From NCBI GenBank assembly GCA_043228905.1, contig JBHGNT010000004.1:13082001-13146000 (forward strand): a stretch of 64,000 bases of DNA, given 5' to 3'. The translations under genes were made by a program, and so were the position numbers. The notes under the pieces were generated by a model. The model saw only the letters and a program-made list of their open reading frames with translations, had not been told where the DNA came from and ran no database searches. Positions 13,901-27,200 of the stretch are shown here, piece after piece (the stretch's first letter is position 1; the number at the start of each line of letters is the position of its first letter). The DNA comes from Azolla caroliniana. Taxonomy: Eukaryota; Plantae; Polypodiophyta.

Positions 13901-16015
13901 CCTGGAACGTTGCCACACCACACGCTTAAGCCTGAATCCCACGAAATGTGCCTTCAGCATGACCAGCGGGACTCTCCTAGGCCATATAGTCAGCAAGGAG
14001 GGAATAACGGTCGATCCGAACAAGATCTCCGCGATTACGCAAACCAAAACTCCGACAAACGCGAAATCACTCAGTCGGTTTTTAGGACAAATACGGTGGC
14101 ATAGTCGGATGATACGATATTTGGTGGACTTCGCCACATTGTTACATGCTGCCGTGCATTAGACTCCCTTCCAATGGACCGCAACGGAGAACAAGGCCTA
14201 TGAGGCATATAAGATAATGCTCACACAGGCTCCCGTCATACAACCACCAGTTTGGGCGAAGCCATTCCACGTGTTCGTGGACGCCTTGGACATAGCAATA
14301 GGGAGTGCACTAATGCAGCTCACCGAACCAAACTGGTACCGGCCAGTGTACTACGCTAGTCACAAATTATCAACAACAGAGCATAACTATTCCACAATGG
14401 AGCGGGAGGCGCTAGGGATGATCTATAGCATGAATAAATTCCGGCATTATTTACTGGAGAGGAAATTCACGTTCCACGTGGATCATTTGGCACTACTGTA
14501 TTTGGTGGAGAAACAAGCCCTGACGGGGAAATTGGCGTGATGGATGCTGCTGCTTCAAGAATTCGATTTTGTAATTCAGCTCCGATCGAGGACGCAACAC
14601 GGAGTGGCAGATTTTTTGAACAAACTACATAATGGAGAAACAGTACAGAAGGACGACGACGATTTTCCGGACGCCGACATCCTGCGGGTAGCAGCACTGG
14701 CTGAAAGAACGGAATCGACCTTTCCGGACCGGTGGCTTATGGAAATGACATACTTTTTTACTACGGGACTGCCTCCACCACAATTACGCACGAACGAGAA
14801 GAAACGACTAGCCGTCCGAAGCCGTAACTTCTGCCTCGTAGAAGGAATTTTATATCACAAAGGAAGTTATGGCATTTGGCGACATGGGGTACGTCAGGAT
14901 GAGGAAGAAGCAGTTTTACGAGAGGCGCACTGCGGCACGGCAGGTGGCCATTACGCGTGCAAAGTTACAGCCCGGAAAATATGGCAGGCAAGCCTATGGT
15001 GGCCGACAACGCAAAAGGACGCATCCGAGTATTGTAGAAAGTGTGATTTGTGTCAAGGGATGGCCCAACCCACGGATGGTGCAAGGATGCCACACTAGCC
15101 CGTATTACCGTTAGACCCCTTCCAAAAGTGGGGATTGGATTTTGTGGGCCCCTTCACACTGGCGGTAGGCCGTACGAGCAATAAATACATATTGGTAACC
15201 AGGGATTATTGCACCAAGTGGGTAGAAGCAAAGGCACTACGAGAAAATACGGCAGTCGTCAAAGCGAGATTCCTTTACGAGCACATTTGGTGCCGGTTCG
15301 GTTGTCCGATTGAGCTCATCAGTGACCAGGGGAGCCACTTTCTCAATACGGTGGTTCAGGAACTAATACATCATTAGGCCGTAGTCCACAAGAAGAGTAC
15401 GCCATATTATCCGCAGGCGAATGGGTTAGCGGAATCCACCAACAAGACGTTGCAGACCATCTTGAAAAAAATCGTCAATGAAAATAGAACGGACTGGGAT
15501 ACCAAATTACAGAGTGCGTTATGGGCGTACAGAACCAGTTACAAAACAAGCATACAATCAACACCGTTTCGACTAGCGTTTGGGCTGGAGGTTGTGATGC
15601 CAGTAGAATTTCAGATACCCAGTTTGCTGATTCAGGTACGGGACCAACTATAAGAAGCCAAGTCGGAGGAGGTACGGCCCCACCAGCTACTCGAACACGG
15701 GGAAAAACGCGTAGACAACATGGCTGTGTTGGAGCAGGAACATCGACGGCGTAAAGCGTTCGTGGATTGACATCGGAACGCAAGGGAAAAGGATTTCGCC
15801 GTCGGTCGAGCGGTGCTGGTTTTCCAAACCCGCATGGGCCATATGCTAGGGAAGTTACGATTCCGCTGGACAAGCCCGTACTAGATAATTGGAGCGGAAC
15901 AAGGCACGTTCCAACTAGGTACGCTGGCCGGGGCACGTTCCAACTAGGTACGCCTTAAACCTTACCTGGGCCCTACGCCACCTAACCCATTCACCGCCGG
16001 ACAAGACAAAGCCTG
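10968..16015 (+). pseudogene. gag-pol (CCHC knuckles, protease, RT, RNase H, integrase)
   Basis: CTICLNSGHSAVEC and CPICHSKAHIVDQC; FLDGFSGYNQ, VFLDDF; REALGMIY; HHCC zinc finger; DFVGP, SDQGSHF, YPQANGLAE; multiple stops. Confidence 0.92.
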
Positions 16016-16372
16016 AGAACCTGCAGCGTAAGTGGACGGCCCGACTTGTATCATAATGTAAAAATAGGTTGTATGTAATCGTTACGAAAAAAGAAAAGAA
16101 AAAAAGAAAGAGAGCGACACTATTAAAGAAAAAGGACTAAATGCATGCACAGACTCCTAGATCAAGAACACGCGACACTACGATGGCTCACCGCCCAATG
16201 AACCCTAAGCCACAAAAAGAAGGAAATAGAAAATTTTCTACACAAAAACAGAAACCCACCTTCTAACTATGAGCGCCCCCATCACTCCTCCCCCTCACCT
16301 TCTCCTCCTTCATATCACAGAGCTCTAGCCCACCGCAACCACCAGTCTCCTCCCTACGAACCTACTCTAGCG

Positions 16373-18628
16373 ATGTCGATCTTCATCTCTACTGCCTTAC
16401 GCCGATGGCTCGTGGAGAAACGCCTGGATGGGTACATCCAGGTCGCAGAGGCCCCTCCACACCCGGATGCCATGGACATCACTAGAAAGCTTAACATCGA
16501 CACGATCACCAACTCTTCCATCCGAAAAAAGTTGGACCTGTCATCGCTAGGCGAAAGGCATTTCGAAATCCCTCTTGTAGAGGCGCTGCAGAGATATTTC
16601 GGTCCATATTCCTCCTCCGCCAAGGCCTATAGAACGAAGCAGATCCCGGATCCCTTCTTCCGTGAAGTCGCCAAGTTCCTGTTAGAGGTTGGTTGCGTAC
16701 ACGTCAACGCATATGGGATGCCCAAGCAGAAGGCAGGTATCATTATTGATACCTTTGAAGGGCGTGTGGTTGATTGGGGGTTCATCACAGGGTCGGCGTT
16801 AAGGGAAGGCATGCATGCATATCAAGGAGGCAAGAAGCTCAAGTCGATCATACAACAGTACCTTACGGTGTTATTCCCACCCCGAGGCCTGTCGGCACCG
16901 CAACCCAGCCGACCCATGCCTCCGCCCCGATCTGCGAAGCGCAGGTTAGCGGAGTTAGCTGCCCCAAAGTGGGAAGAGGAACCCCAACCCGCCCAGCTAG
17001 ACACACGGACAATGCAGGAAGAACAACCGCCACGCTCCGCGGAAGCAGCCCTAGAGCCAAATGCTGAAACACGGCAGGATAGCCCCAGACCGAAACGGCG
17101 GAGATTGGACAGGAAAGATGGGCGGGGATTGGTCAAAGACGTCCCCACAGCGGCAGAGATAACGACCGAAGGCGATGGCTCCGCAGCTACGGAGACCAAT
17201 ACCACCTTCCAAATCATCTGGGAGCCACGACCGATCATTACGACCCAGTCACAACGAGGGAAAGCCGTATTGACGGCGGAAAGCGAGGTTTTGGCATATC
17301 CAGATATCCAGAAGTTCCAAACTGTAAGAGGGCACTGAACTCGCTACCAAACTTGAAGGAAGAAATTGAGGCTCAGACCGCCATCGCCTCAAAAGAGAAA
17401 AGGGCCGTGCAACTAGAGGAATCAGAAATTGACCCCCCTTCAAGCTGAATTGTGCCAATCCTTAGACAGGGAAAAGGAGATCCGGGCTAGCGGCCGGAAG
17501 GCAGTAAAAACCCTTGAAGAGAAACTCATTGCGGAGGTAGCACAACACATCCGGACAAAAGACAAAAACGCCCAATTATGGGATGAAGCGAAGAAATCGG
17601 AGGCGGCAATCGCGGGACTCTAGACCTTATTGGAGAAAAAGAAGATATGGTTTGACGAGCAGCTGGTGATTGAATGGGAAAGAAGGCATCAGCTCGAAAT
17701 CCGCCTAAACAATGAAATGGGGAAATTAGAAGAACACCATGCAAAGGAATCCCAGTTGTGGGCGGACCTGAAGACCACGTACGAAGAAGTGGCGGTGGTT
17801 AGTCAACAAGAAATTGCAAACCTCAAGAAGTCGGTGGAGGACGCATGCAACCGTTGCCATGCCATCACAGACAACGTGCGTATCCTTCTACAAACAAATC
17901 GGGAGAGGTTCACAACGCAATTGAAAACGGCGCTAGACAAAGGATGGATGGTGTGGGCAACCCAAGCAGCGGAATTGCACGCGTATCGTGCGGACTGGGA
18001 GAACCGGCGAAAAGACGGCCGAGGTTTCTATAAACTAAATGAGGAGAGCATTGCGGCCGCATGCGAGGAGCTAGCGCAAGACTATCGTGCGCTAGCGGAC
18101 CAACATTCCGAAGAACTCGCGCAGCTCTTAGATGATTTTGGTGAAAGCCAGGAGGAGCTATTTCACCAGATCACACAAGCCGACGGCACGCGAACAAATG
18201 AGGAATCCTTCGCGACGCCAACTCCGGGCACGATCGAAGAAGAGGAACCTCAGGCCCGATCATCAAAAATTACAACGACGGTGAACAGCGCAGAACGACG
18301 AGCGGAGTCCCCCACAGTACCAGACAGTGAAACCGTTGCCCAAGAGGAGCCCAATCCACAGGAGCCTACACTATTGGACGACCACACGGAGAACGTTGCG
18401 GGCCAGGCGGAATCGCAACCCCACTCCCCGGAGCGTACAACGACGGCCGACACCACGGAGGAAGTGACGATTGAGACAGAGTCGCAACCGACCGCAAGCA
18501 CGACAACGACTGAGCCCAACCCACTAGCTCAAGAAGAGCCCATTGTACCCGAACCGCCCACACAAGACTACCGCGACACCAAGAGAAGCCATCCCGACCA
18601 AATAGGGGAACCACACCACGATGCCTAA
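16373..18628 (+). pseudogene. Extra sense ORF downstream of integrase (about 750 codons, disrupted); coiled-coil middle and acidic/Pro-Thr-rich tail
   Basis: ORF pieces 16373-17338, 17429-17623 and 17630-18628 share one frame; lies between integrase and 3' LTR. Confidence 0.75.
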
Positions 18629-19180
18629 GTCGCCTCCGGACGCGGACACCGTAGTAGAGCCAAACATCCGGACCATTTTGGAAGAAGATTAACGGGATGG
18701 GTCCGACGTGCCAGGGCACTGTCCCACAGGCGTGCCAGGTGTTGTCCACTAGAATAGTAACCGACGGACAAGAGCGTAGGAATAAGAAATAATATAAGAT
18801 CATAACGCATGTAACAGTTCACGTAGGAAGCGTGAACGGCTAAAAAGACCCTGCGTATATAAAGGGCAGAAAACCTCTGATAGAGGGGGTGTGTAATTTT
18901 GGAATGTAAAGAAGCGTATCGTAATAGAATTCTATCTTCTCTGAAAATCTGTATATAGCTACGTCTAATCTACTGTGTGTCTGGAATACCTGAGAGTGTA
19001 AGAACGTCAGGGTGTAACCACTGATAAGGATTCGGTTGTAGTCGTCTCCCTTATACGCTGCTAGGTTACGGGGAACATTCCCCTACGTATTACGCATAGA
19101 CGCCACCATTCGTTGTTTCACAATCACTTGGAGGTCTAGGTCGAAGGACTGACCGCAGACCGTGTTCCTAATCAGTAACA

Positions 19181-21393
19181 CATGGCGTACCACATTGACG
19201 ACTACGAGAAGGTATTGCAAAGACTAGAGGGTGCGTGGCTCACCCTCTCTGGAGAGAAGTCGGCTTTTGGGCAGTTAGATATCCTTGTAGTCGGTCACCT
19301 GTGCGGGCCTTCTGGTCGTAAAACCATCTCCGACAAAGGTAGAGGCCATCTCCCCGATGAAGGAAGAATGCAAGTCGGTTACGGCGGTGCGGAGGTTCCT
19401 GGGGGCATGCATGTTCTATCACATTTGGATCCCTCACTACGCACACGTCGCGGAACCGCTTTACGGGTTGCTAAAGAAAGGGTGAAAATTCTAATGGAGT
19501 AACGAACATACGGAATCGGTCCGGAGATTAAAAGAGGCGCTTACTGCGGTACTAGCTCTCCGACAAGCGGACACAAGCCCGACCGAGATCGGATGGGTTA
19601 TCAATCAGGAGGATGAGAGCGGTGTGTGATTCCCAATCCGGTTCGGGGCAAAGGTATTGAGCGAGCAACAACGAGGATACGCCCAAGTCAAGCGCAAACT
19701 ATGGGGTATCGTTTCGACAGTCAAGGCCGACAAGGACTATCTAATCGGGACGGCAGTAATAATCAAGACGAACTGGCTACTGATTCTCGGTATGGTTTCC
19801 GGATGCGCGACTCCAGACCTGGCCATGCTCAGGTGGATCGCATACATCAAGTCTCTAAATCTAGAGATACGACACATCTCCGGCAAAGACAACACCATGG
19901 CCGATATGCTTTCAAGAGCATGGTTCGAAGACGAAGACGGCATGGTTTCGGACAATGAAGAAGTTGGTGAGGACTTCTTCGAGTCGGCTCGCATAGTGGC
20001 GAGGGTTGGGAGCACTCCGGTGCGTAACGAGTTCGACGAGAGTAAGTACGACGGGGAGTGGCTCCAGATCGGTGGGTTCCTGAAGACGATGACGTCGGGA
20101 GCGGTGTGGACAGGGAAGAGCCTAACCGGATCCGGAATAAAGCATACCGATTCTTCCTCGGGGACAGAAGCATATGGAAGCACCCGAAGAAGCGACGAGA
20201 CGGAGTCCCACTCCGGGTGGTGGCAAGGAAGGAGGAGCAGGAAGCATTGTTAACGGCGTACCACGAGAATCCTTGGGCCGGACACCGGGGGACATGGGCC
20301 ATGTTCAAGAAGCTGAAGGAGAAGTAGTGGTGGTCGGGACTATACCAGGACGTGCATTGGTTTGTAACGACTTGCGAAAGCTGTCAGATGCATTCCATAG
20401 TCCGACATCAGGACGAGCTGCACCCGACTTACCTGCCGACCATCCACTTCAAGTGGATGGTGCATCTAGTGATGATACCGATGGGAGTAGGGTAGATGCG
20501 ATACCTGGTGCTAGCACGAGAGGATTGGATGAACAATGTGGAGGGCTGAGCATTACCAAACAAGACGACCGCGGCCATGTGTTGGTTCCTAATCGAGGAA
20601 GTGGTATGTCGATACGGGTGCGTGGGAAAGATCGTAGCAGACCGTGGAGAACTGGATGCACAAGAGGCTGAAGAGTTGTTTGAACAGTTAGGGGTTAAAC
20701 TCTCGTTCACCATGGCGTACAATCTGGAGGCAAACGGGAAGGTGGAACGCGGAATGGGCCAATAGTAAAAGCATTGGTACGGGCCTGCGGAGGCCAAGTT
20801 GGGAATTGGCCACGGCTCCTACCCTATGCATTGTGGGCAGACTGAACTATGCACAGTTCGGTAACTGGGTTCATGCCGGCGGAGCTGATATACGGGCAGA
20901 AGCCGATGATGCCGATCGAGAGAACAATCTCCTCGTGGGCCGCGGTAGACTGGAGAGATGAGATGAGCTGAGAGGAGCTGTTAACGGCGCGAATCCAACA
21001 ACTCAAGCGAAGACCAGAGGATGTGGAATAAGCAACGACGAAGCTGTTGTAGCAAGGACAAAGAACAAGGAGCGATTCGACCGGACTCACCGACTACAAC
21101 CGAGGAAAATCGAGGAAGGAGATTGGGTTCTGGTCTACAACAACAACCTCGATAACCGGCACAAGGCAATGTGAAAGTTTGCAAGGTGGTTCGGGCCTTA
21201 TTTGGTGACAAGCGCCAACGACAAGAGCACCTACCACCTCGCGGAACTCGACGAAACAAGAATAGTTGTGTCGGTGGCCGGGAAGAGGATCAAGGCATTC
21301 AAGAATCGGCACGAGGACAAACTAGACCTAGAGGGCATGGATGGCAATGATGACCGGTGCGGAGTGGGTGGCGAACCGGAGAGCGAAAGATAA
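19181..21393 (+). pseudogene. RT(3')-RNase H-integrase of the 6430-22064 element
   Basis: LTLSGEKSAFG; RWIAYIKSLN..ISGKDNTMADMLSR; GHRGTWA; ADRGELD; YNLEANGKVER. Confidence 0.88.
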
Positions 21394-23998
21394 TCACGGG
21401 CCGGTCTTCTCCGGTAGAAGTCTATTTTGGCGCATACCAGGGGATGCATGGTTAGGTGGGGGCGGAGAAAATCGTCCCTAGGAGGAATCGGTGGATAGTG
21501 TGCTTGAACCGACCCTTACACACGGGCACATGTTCTGCTATATTTACATACATGCTTAAGTACAGGTCGGCGATGTAATTATCCTAGGTAGCACGAATTC
21601 TTTAAGTAGGGAATCGAAGAGGATCTCTTTCCAAAAGGGCAGAGAATAACAATGATTTAACAATATGTAAACGACTCTCTCTCCTTGTGCTATAAAAGGA
21701 GGGGAAAAGAGCTGAGTAGGGAGGGCACATTTTGAGAGGACAAAGTGTTGTCAGACTAGGAACCGAGCTCTCTCCTCTACAGGGATTTTGGGTTGAGTTG
21801 ATTTCCCCTGCTGCGTGAAAGACCGTGTGCTTCCGATAGAGCCTCCACTGCGTATTTCAGTGCGTGTGTTCGTTTGTGTTGAGTCTGTCACCGGTTTGCC
21901 GGTTGTAACATTGCAAGGTCTATAATCTATACTGATTTGGAATTCATTCTCTCATTTTTGTCTCTCTGTGTTTTCTACAAATCTCTCTCCCTCTCATCTC
22001 TCACGCTCCTCGGTTCAGGGACCCCGCGGTCCCGCCTTATTTCATATGCGAAAGCATAACAACACGACACCGTGTGCCAACAGAAGACCGGTGAGATGGA
22101 GGGCACCAGTGAGGAGTCCTGGCACGATGCCAGCAAAGATGGATGGGAAACGGCTTGCGAGGAGGTCGACGACAGAACCGCGGCAAAGAAGAAAGAGGAA
22201 ATGAGAGTCGGCGCCCGAGGGAGCGGAATCGGAAGTCGACCCAACTGGGGATCGAATTGGTCAGCATTCCAATTCGGGTGGAGCACGATCCGGATGTGGA
22301 TCGTTCGACAGGGGCAAGGTTCAGTATGAAGTTACCGATACGGGTGAGGGTGCAGGACGAGCTCCCCAGTTTTACACGGGGAGAAAGACCGACCAAGAGA
22401 AGGTCAGGAATCGGGAAGAAGATGATCGAGAGTACAGAACGAGTCCCGCGGAATCGGCATCGGAGCCGAAACTCCGGACATTGGAGAATCAAGCCTAGGC
22501 AAGGCTTGATCGATCATAGAGCGGATGCTTTCCACTGACACCATTAAAAGGGTCAGTGGCCTAGGACAAGTCATCGAGAGTCATGACGAAATCGGTGTCC
22601 CCACATCTTGACCAGAGACTTCTGCAATTCGGCCGGCATGGCAACGTAAGACCGAAAGAGAAGGGAGATGGTGGGGAAGCGCAAAGAAGGGGATTGACGG
22701 TGATGGGGAGAAATGAAAGAGGTAGTTGATTGAAGTATGGGTCTTCCACACTCGTTCCCGAGACTTAGGCAGTTGCGTGGCGGAAAGTGGCGGCTCGGAC
22801 GCGTAGGTCACGACCAGTACAACCGATTCTAAAGCGGAGGAACGAAGACTAGTCATATGGGATCCTCACACCGATCAAGAGACACTGGCAGTTCAAGCTG
22901 ACATGGCAACGTGAGACCGAGTGAGAAGGATGGTGGCGGCAGGAAATGGGAATCGGTGATGCAGGAAGAGCTGACCGGGAGCCGACGAACCAGGGGCCTG
23001 TGAGGCCAGAGTTGACAGAGGCTGAACCCTTACCAGCCAGTTATGATTTCATAGGAAAGTCGGTGAGAGGTATGCAAGGAGAAGATCGGAAGGCGTATGT
23101 GTGGCCATCGAGGGCCAAAGCAAAGCACGGGTATGGGACTGGCGTTTGGCATAGGCGGTGCCAAACAAGGAAGGCGGAAGAGGGCACACAGAGGTGCTGG
23201 GAACAAGAGCACGACCGCGTAACAGACTACGCGGATTGGAGACCGGAAATAGGATCGAGGGCCGGAGAGTGATCCTCCACACCCGCTTCAGAGATCTCGG
23301 CGGCTCAGTCGGAGTGGCAATGATTGGCGTGGCAAGCCAAACCCGAGGTAACAAGCTAGTGGGGGCAAGTGGACGACGCCAAGCGGAAAGGATCTGAATA
23401 GGTGGCAACAACGCAACACGAAAGTGGCCAAGCGGGCTACTACGGGGTGTTCCTCAGACGCGGAGGAGACTGGCATCCGGAGAAGCGGCGATGCACAATT
23501 TGGTTGGGCAAGGGCCGACGATGCGTGCATGGGAAGTAACCGGAGTTCGGCACGGGCGGTGCTAAACACGAGAAGGGGATGCGCGGCACACGGAGGTGCC
23601 AGAGTGGGAATCCAAGCGCGAAGATGGGTTGCCAGTCCAAGTGATCTTGCGTAGAAGGCTGGAGAGGGATCTTCCACACTGGTTCCGGAGACCTTGGTAG
23701 TTCGGCCGCCGTGGCAACGTAAGACCAAGGAGAAGGTAGGTGGCGGCGAGGGGACGAAGGTGGTGGAGATCAGCACGGAACGACAATTGGGACGACGCGA
23801 AGGTCGATGGAGGCCAAGCAAGCCATCACGGGTTCTCCTTGGACGGAGCACACCACGTATCCGAAGGAATGAGAAGCGTGCATGCGGACGAAAGAAGGGC
23901 CAACGGGGAAACACGCACACTAAGGGATCGCAGCGGATGACCTATCGACGGGTCGAACGAGCCTATGGAGAGGGAAGCACGGAGAAGGAACTAGAGCC

Positions 23999-24184
23999 TG
24001 TCGAATACAAGTGTATAATGGATGTATTCACACTATCCCTTTGTACAGATCAAGTTTGGGCCATTTGTGTAATTAGCATAAATGGTAGATGCCCTAAGTC
24101 TGTCACTATATATAGTGACCTTGTAACCTTTTTGTAAGGTTGGGTTGTATTATTGCTTTATGGAATAGAAAGAGTCGTTTTGTG

Positions 24185-24225
<41 letters not shown>

Positions 24226-27200
24226 GTGCAACGACCTAGAAACTGTCATACGCAGGTACAGAACAGAATCGAATGCTTCTTGATCTTCCGCATAGACGAC
24301 CTCGTCTCCAACATCTGGTATCAGAGCCTGCACAGTATTCGGTCCTTCAATCCGCTGTCGGACGTCGTCTCAGCCTGCACAGCATTCGGTTTCCTGCGTC
24401 ATTCGAAGAAGAGAGAAGAAGAAGAAAAAAACGAGGCTTGCATCTCATCGCGTTAGATCATCTTCGCTTGGAGTAAGCCAGCCGGTTGTACTCTGTTTCT
24501 TGTGATCGTAACCGCTCGAGGTGAAATCCCCTTGTGCAACATTGACACGATCGTGCTCCACTCGGTTAAACGACATCCGAAGAGGTCATCAAACGCTGCT
24601 CGCCGCTCATTGTAACCACTCGGTGCAGATCGGTCTCAAGACAACAACCCCAATTCGTGCTTCATCCGGTTGATCGACATTCGAGAGGATCAGTTGGATC
24701 CGTCTCTCTCGTCGCTGCAGTCACCCGAAGCAGAATCGGTCCAGACAATCGGTATTTGGCATATATATTCGGAAGTGAACCGGGCTCACTCCGACTCGGC
24801 AACATTCGGGAAGACCAGTCGGTTCTGTCCCTCAAGTTACCGGAGTCAATTCGAGCAAGTTCAACAATACATATATCCGAAGCCGAACCGACTCGGGTTC
24901 AAATCCGACTAGAACGATACCGGGTGAGCCAACCGGCTGCACTCCAACAAGGTTCGTAGTCAACTCCGAACCGAGCTTCGTCAACCGAAACCAAATTTGA
25001 TGGCATCAACATCCGGCTCGTCAGAAATGAGTCTACGAAAGTTCGATGGATCGAACTTCAACTTCTGGAAGGAGCAAATGCAGGACTATCTCATAGTCAA
25101 GGGGCAAATCGATCCCATCGAAAATGAAGAACCTCCAGAAGGATACAAACCAATTGAGTGGCAGAAGCTGGACAGAATCGTCCGCGCCACGATTCGGATG
25201 CACCTATCGGAATCGGTATACTTTACGGTGCAATCGTGTACGACAGCATTCGAACTGTGGAAAACACTGTCGGACACCTACGAAAAGAAGGTCGCTGCAA
25301 CGAAGATGTTTCTGATCCGGCGCCTCTACAACTTGCGGATGAAAGAATCCGATTCGGTTCAAGCACATCTCAATGAGTACGAAAGCATAAGCTCCCAAAT
25401 CTCGTCACAGGGGACGGCAATCGAGGATGAACTCAGAGCAATGATACTCATGAGCAGCCTTCCCTCATCATGGGAAACTTTCGTCACAACCGTGTGCAAC
25501 GCGTCAACCACGGCTGTTAAATACTCCGAAGTCACGAGCGCAATCCTGACCGAAGCAGCTCGGAGAAAGTCTTTCGCCAAAGACTCAACAGACGACGCTT
25601 ACGTAGTACAAGGTTCGACAGACCGATCGAACATACGAGGAAGAGATTCGTCACGGCCGCCGAACAATCAGCGAAGACGGAGCCAGTCACGGGATAATCG
25701 AATCTGCAACTATTGCAAGAAACCCGGACACATCAAAGCCGACTGCCGCACACTCAAGAACAAGAACGACAAGTCTCAGAGATCAGACAAGAAGAGTGGC
25801 CGGCATGAGGAGATCAATTACGTCAGCTTCTCAGCTGATGTGCTACCAAACGACCCGAATATACTATCAATCGAAAATCCAGTCGGATCAGAAGTTCTGC
25901 TCACGACTGAAGAATCGAGCACATGGCTCTTAGATTCGGGCGTGTCATTTCACGTGACTCCTCATCGATCCCAATTTCGGCAATATACGATCCGTCACTC
26001 CGACTCAGTTCGAGTCGGTAACTCGCAACACTGTGACATCATTGGAATCGGCACAGTAGAGCTCAACCTTGCAGGTGGCTCTACACTTGTACTTCACAAT
26101 GTCCGACATGTACCCGAGCTCTCAAGGCCATTGATCTCAGTCGGACAACTAGATGAAGACGGCATTCGTGCCGGTTTTTCTTCGGGAGGGTGGACACTCC
26201 ACAGGGGGAACCTCCTGCTTGCTAGAGGACCCAAGATACACTCACTGTATCCGTTACATGTTACGCTCAGAGAGGGTAACCTGTTTTTGGTGGATATTCC
26301 TGTGTCATCACTATGGCACAGAAGATTAGGACACCTCAGCAAGGCCGGCATTACGCATCTATCTAGAGCCGGATACATCCCTAAACTCTCCTTCTCCGAC
26401 CATCAATTCTGCGAGCATTGCCAGTATGGCAAACAAGCAGCCGCATCACACCCGACATCAGCACCAAGAGAAACGAGACCTCTCGATTTGGTCCACTCGG
26501 ACGTCTGTGGCCCAATGCCGCATCAGTCTCTCGGCGGTGCCTCTTACTTCGTCAGTTTTATTGACGATTCGACTCGAAAGGTGTGGGCTTATCCAATTCG
26601 CACCAAAGATCGTGTCTTCTCGATCTTCTCCGATTGGCTCGCTATGGTAGAAAATCAAACCGACCGAAAACTGAAATGCTTTCGGACCGACAATGGGGGA
26701 GAGTTCAAATCAGAAGAATTCGTCAAATTCTGCCGACAACGCGGCATCCGACGTGAATTTACGGCACCACACAGTCCGGAGCAAAACGGGATTGCCGAAC
26801 GCATGAATCGGACAATCCAAGAATGGATAGTTTCCATGCTCCAACACTCCGGACTATCAGATGGCTTCTGGGCAGAGGCTCTACTCACGGCAGTACACAT
26901 AATCAATATGTCGCCAAGCAGACCTCTAGGACTTCAAATTCCTCAGGAACTATGGATCGGCAGTAAGCCGAATTACGACAAGCTGAGGATCTTCGGATGC
27001 GAGGCGTACGCCCTTATTCCGAAAGATGATCGCCGAAAACTTGCAACTCGGTCTAGGAAATGCATTTTCCTTGGATATGGATCCGACGGCGAAATGGGAT
27101 ACCGACTCTGGGATCCCGAACGCAGACAAATCGTCCGAAGTTCGGACGTTGTGTTCAACGAGTCGGCTATGAATCCATCAGTCAAAACACCGATCGAAGT

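Larger units (their letters stand above)
10238..19180 (+). mobile_element. Nested Athila-like non-chromoviral Ty3/gypsy element with 3' extra ORF
   Basis: 441-bp LTRs 10238-10678 and 18740-19180; TSD CGTGG/CATGG; PBS TGGCACGCTTG 10683-10693; splits host RT at KFV|AYHIDD. Confidence 0.95.
6430..22064 (+). mobile_element. Full-length degenerate non-chromoviral Ty3/gypsy element, tRNA-Trp primed
   Basis: LTRs 6430-7052 and 21463-22064 (3' LTR lacks about 17 bp at its start); PBS 7073-7090; PPT-like GTTAGGTGGGGG 21451-21462; TSD CGAC (or CGACA if the LTR starts at 6431). Confidence 0.88.
774..23998 (+). mobile_element. Host non-autonomous (gag-only) tRNA-Trp-primed Ty3/gypsy-type LTR element, split by nested insertions, 3' end lost
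   Basis: 5' LTR 774-2344 (TGTCGTG...CGACA); PBS 2349-2366; gag-like sequence continuous across insertion sites 2429/5875 (EFERW|LARL) and 6429/22065; repeat-rich tail 22065-23998 without pol motifs. Confidence 0.7.

Noticed and set aside
15904-15953. 21-bp direct duplication at integrase end
   Set aside because: Ordinary local decay in a pseudogene
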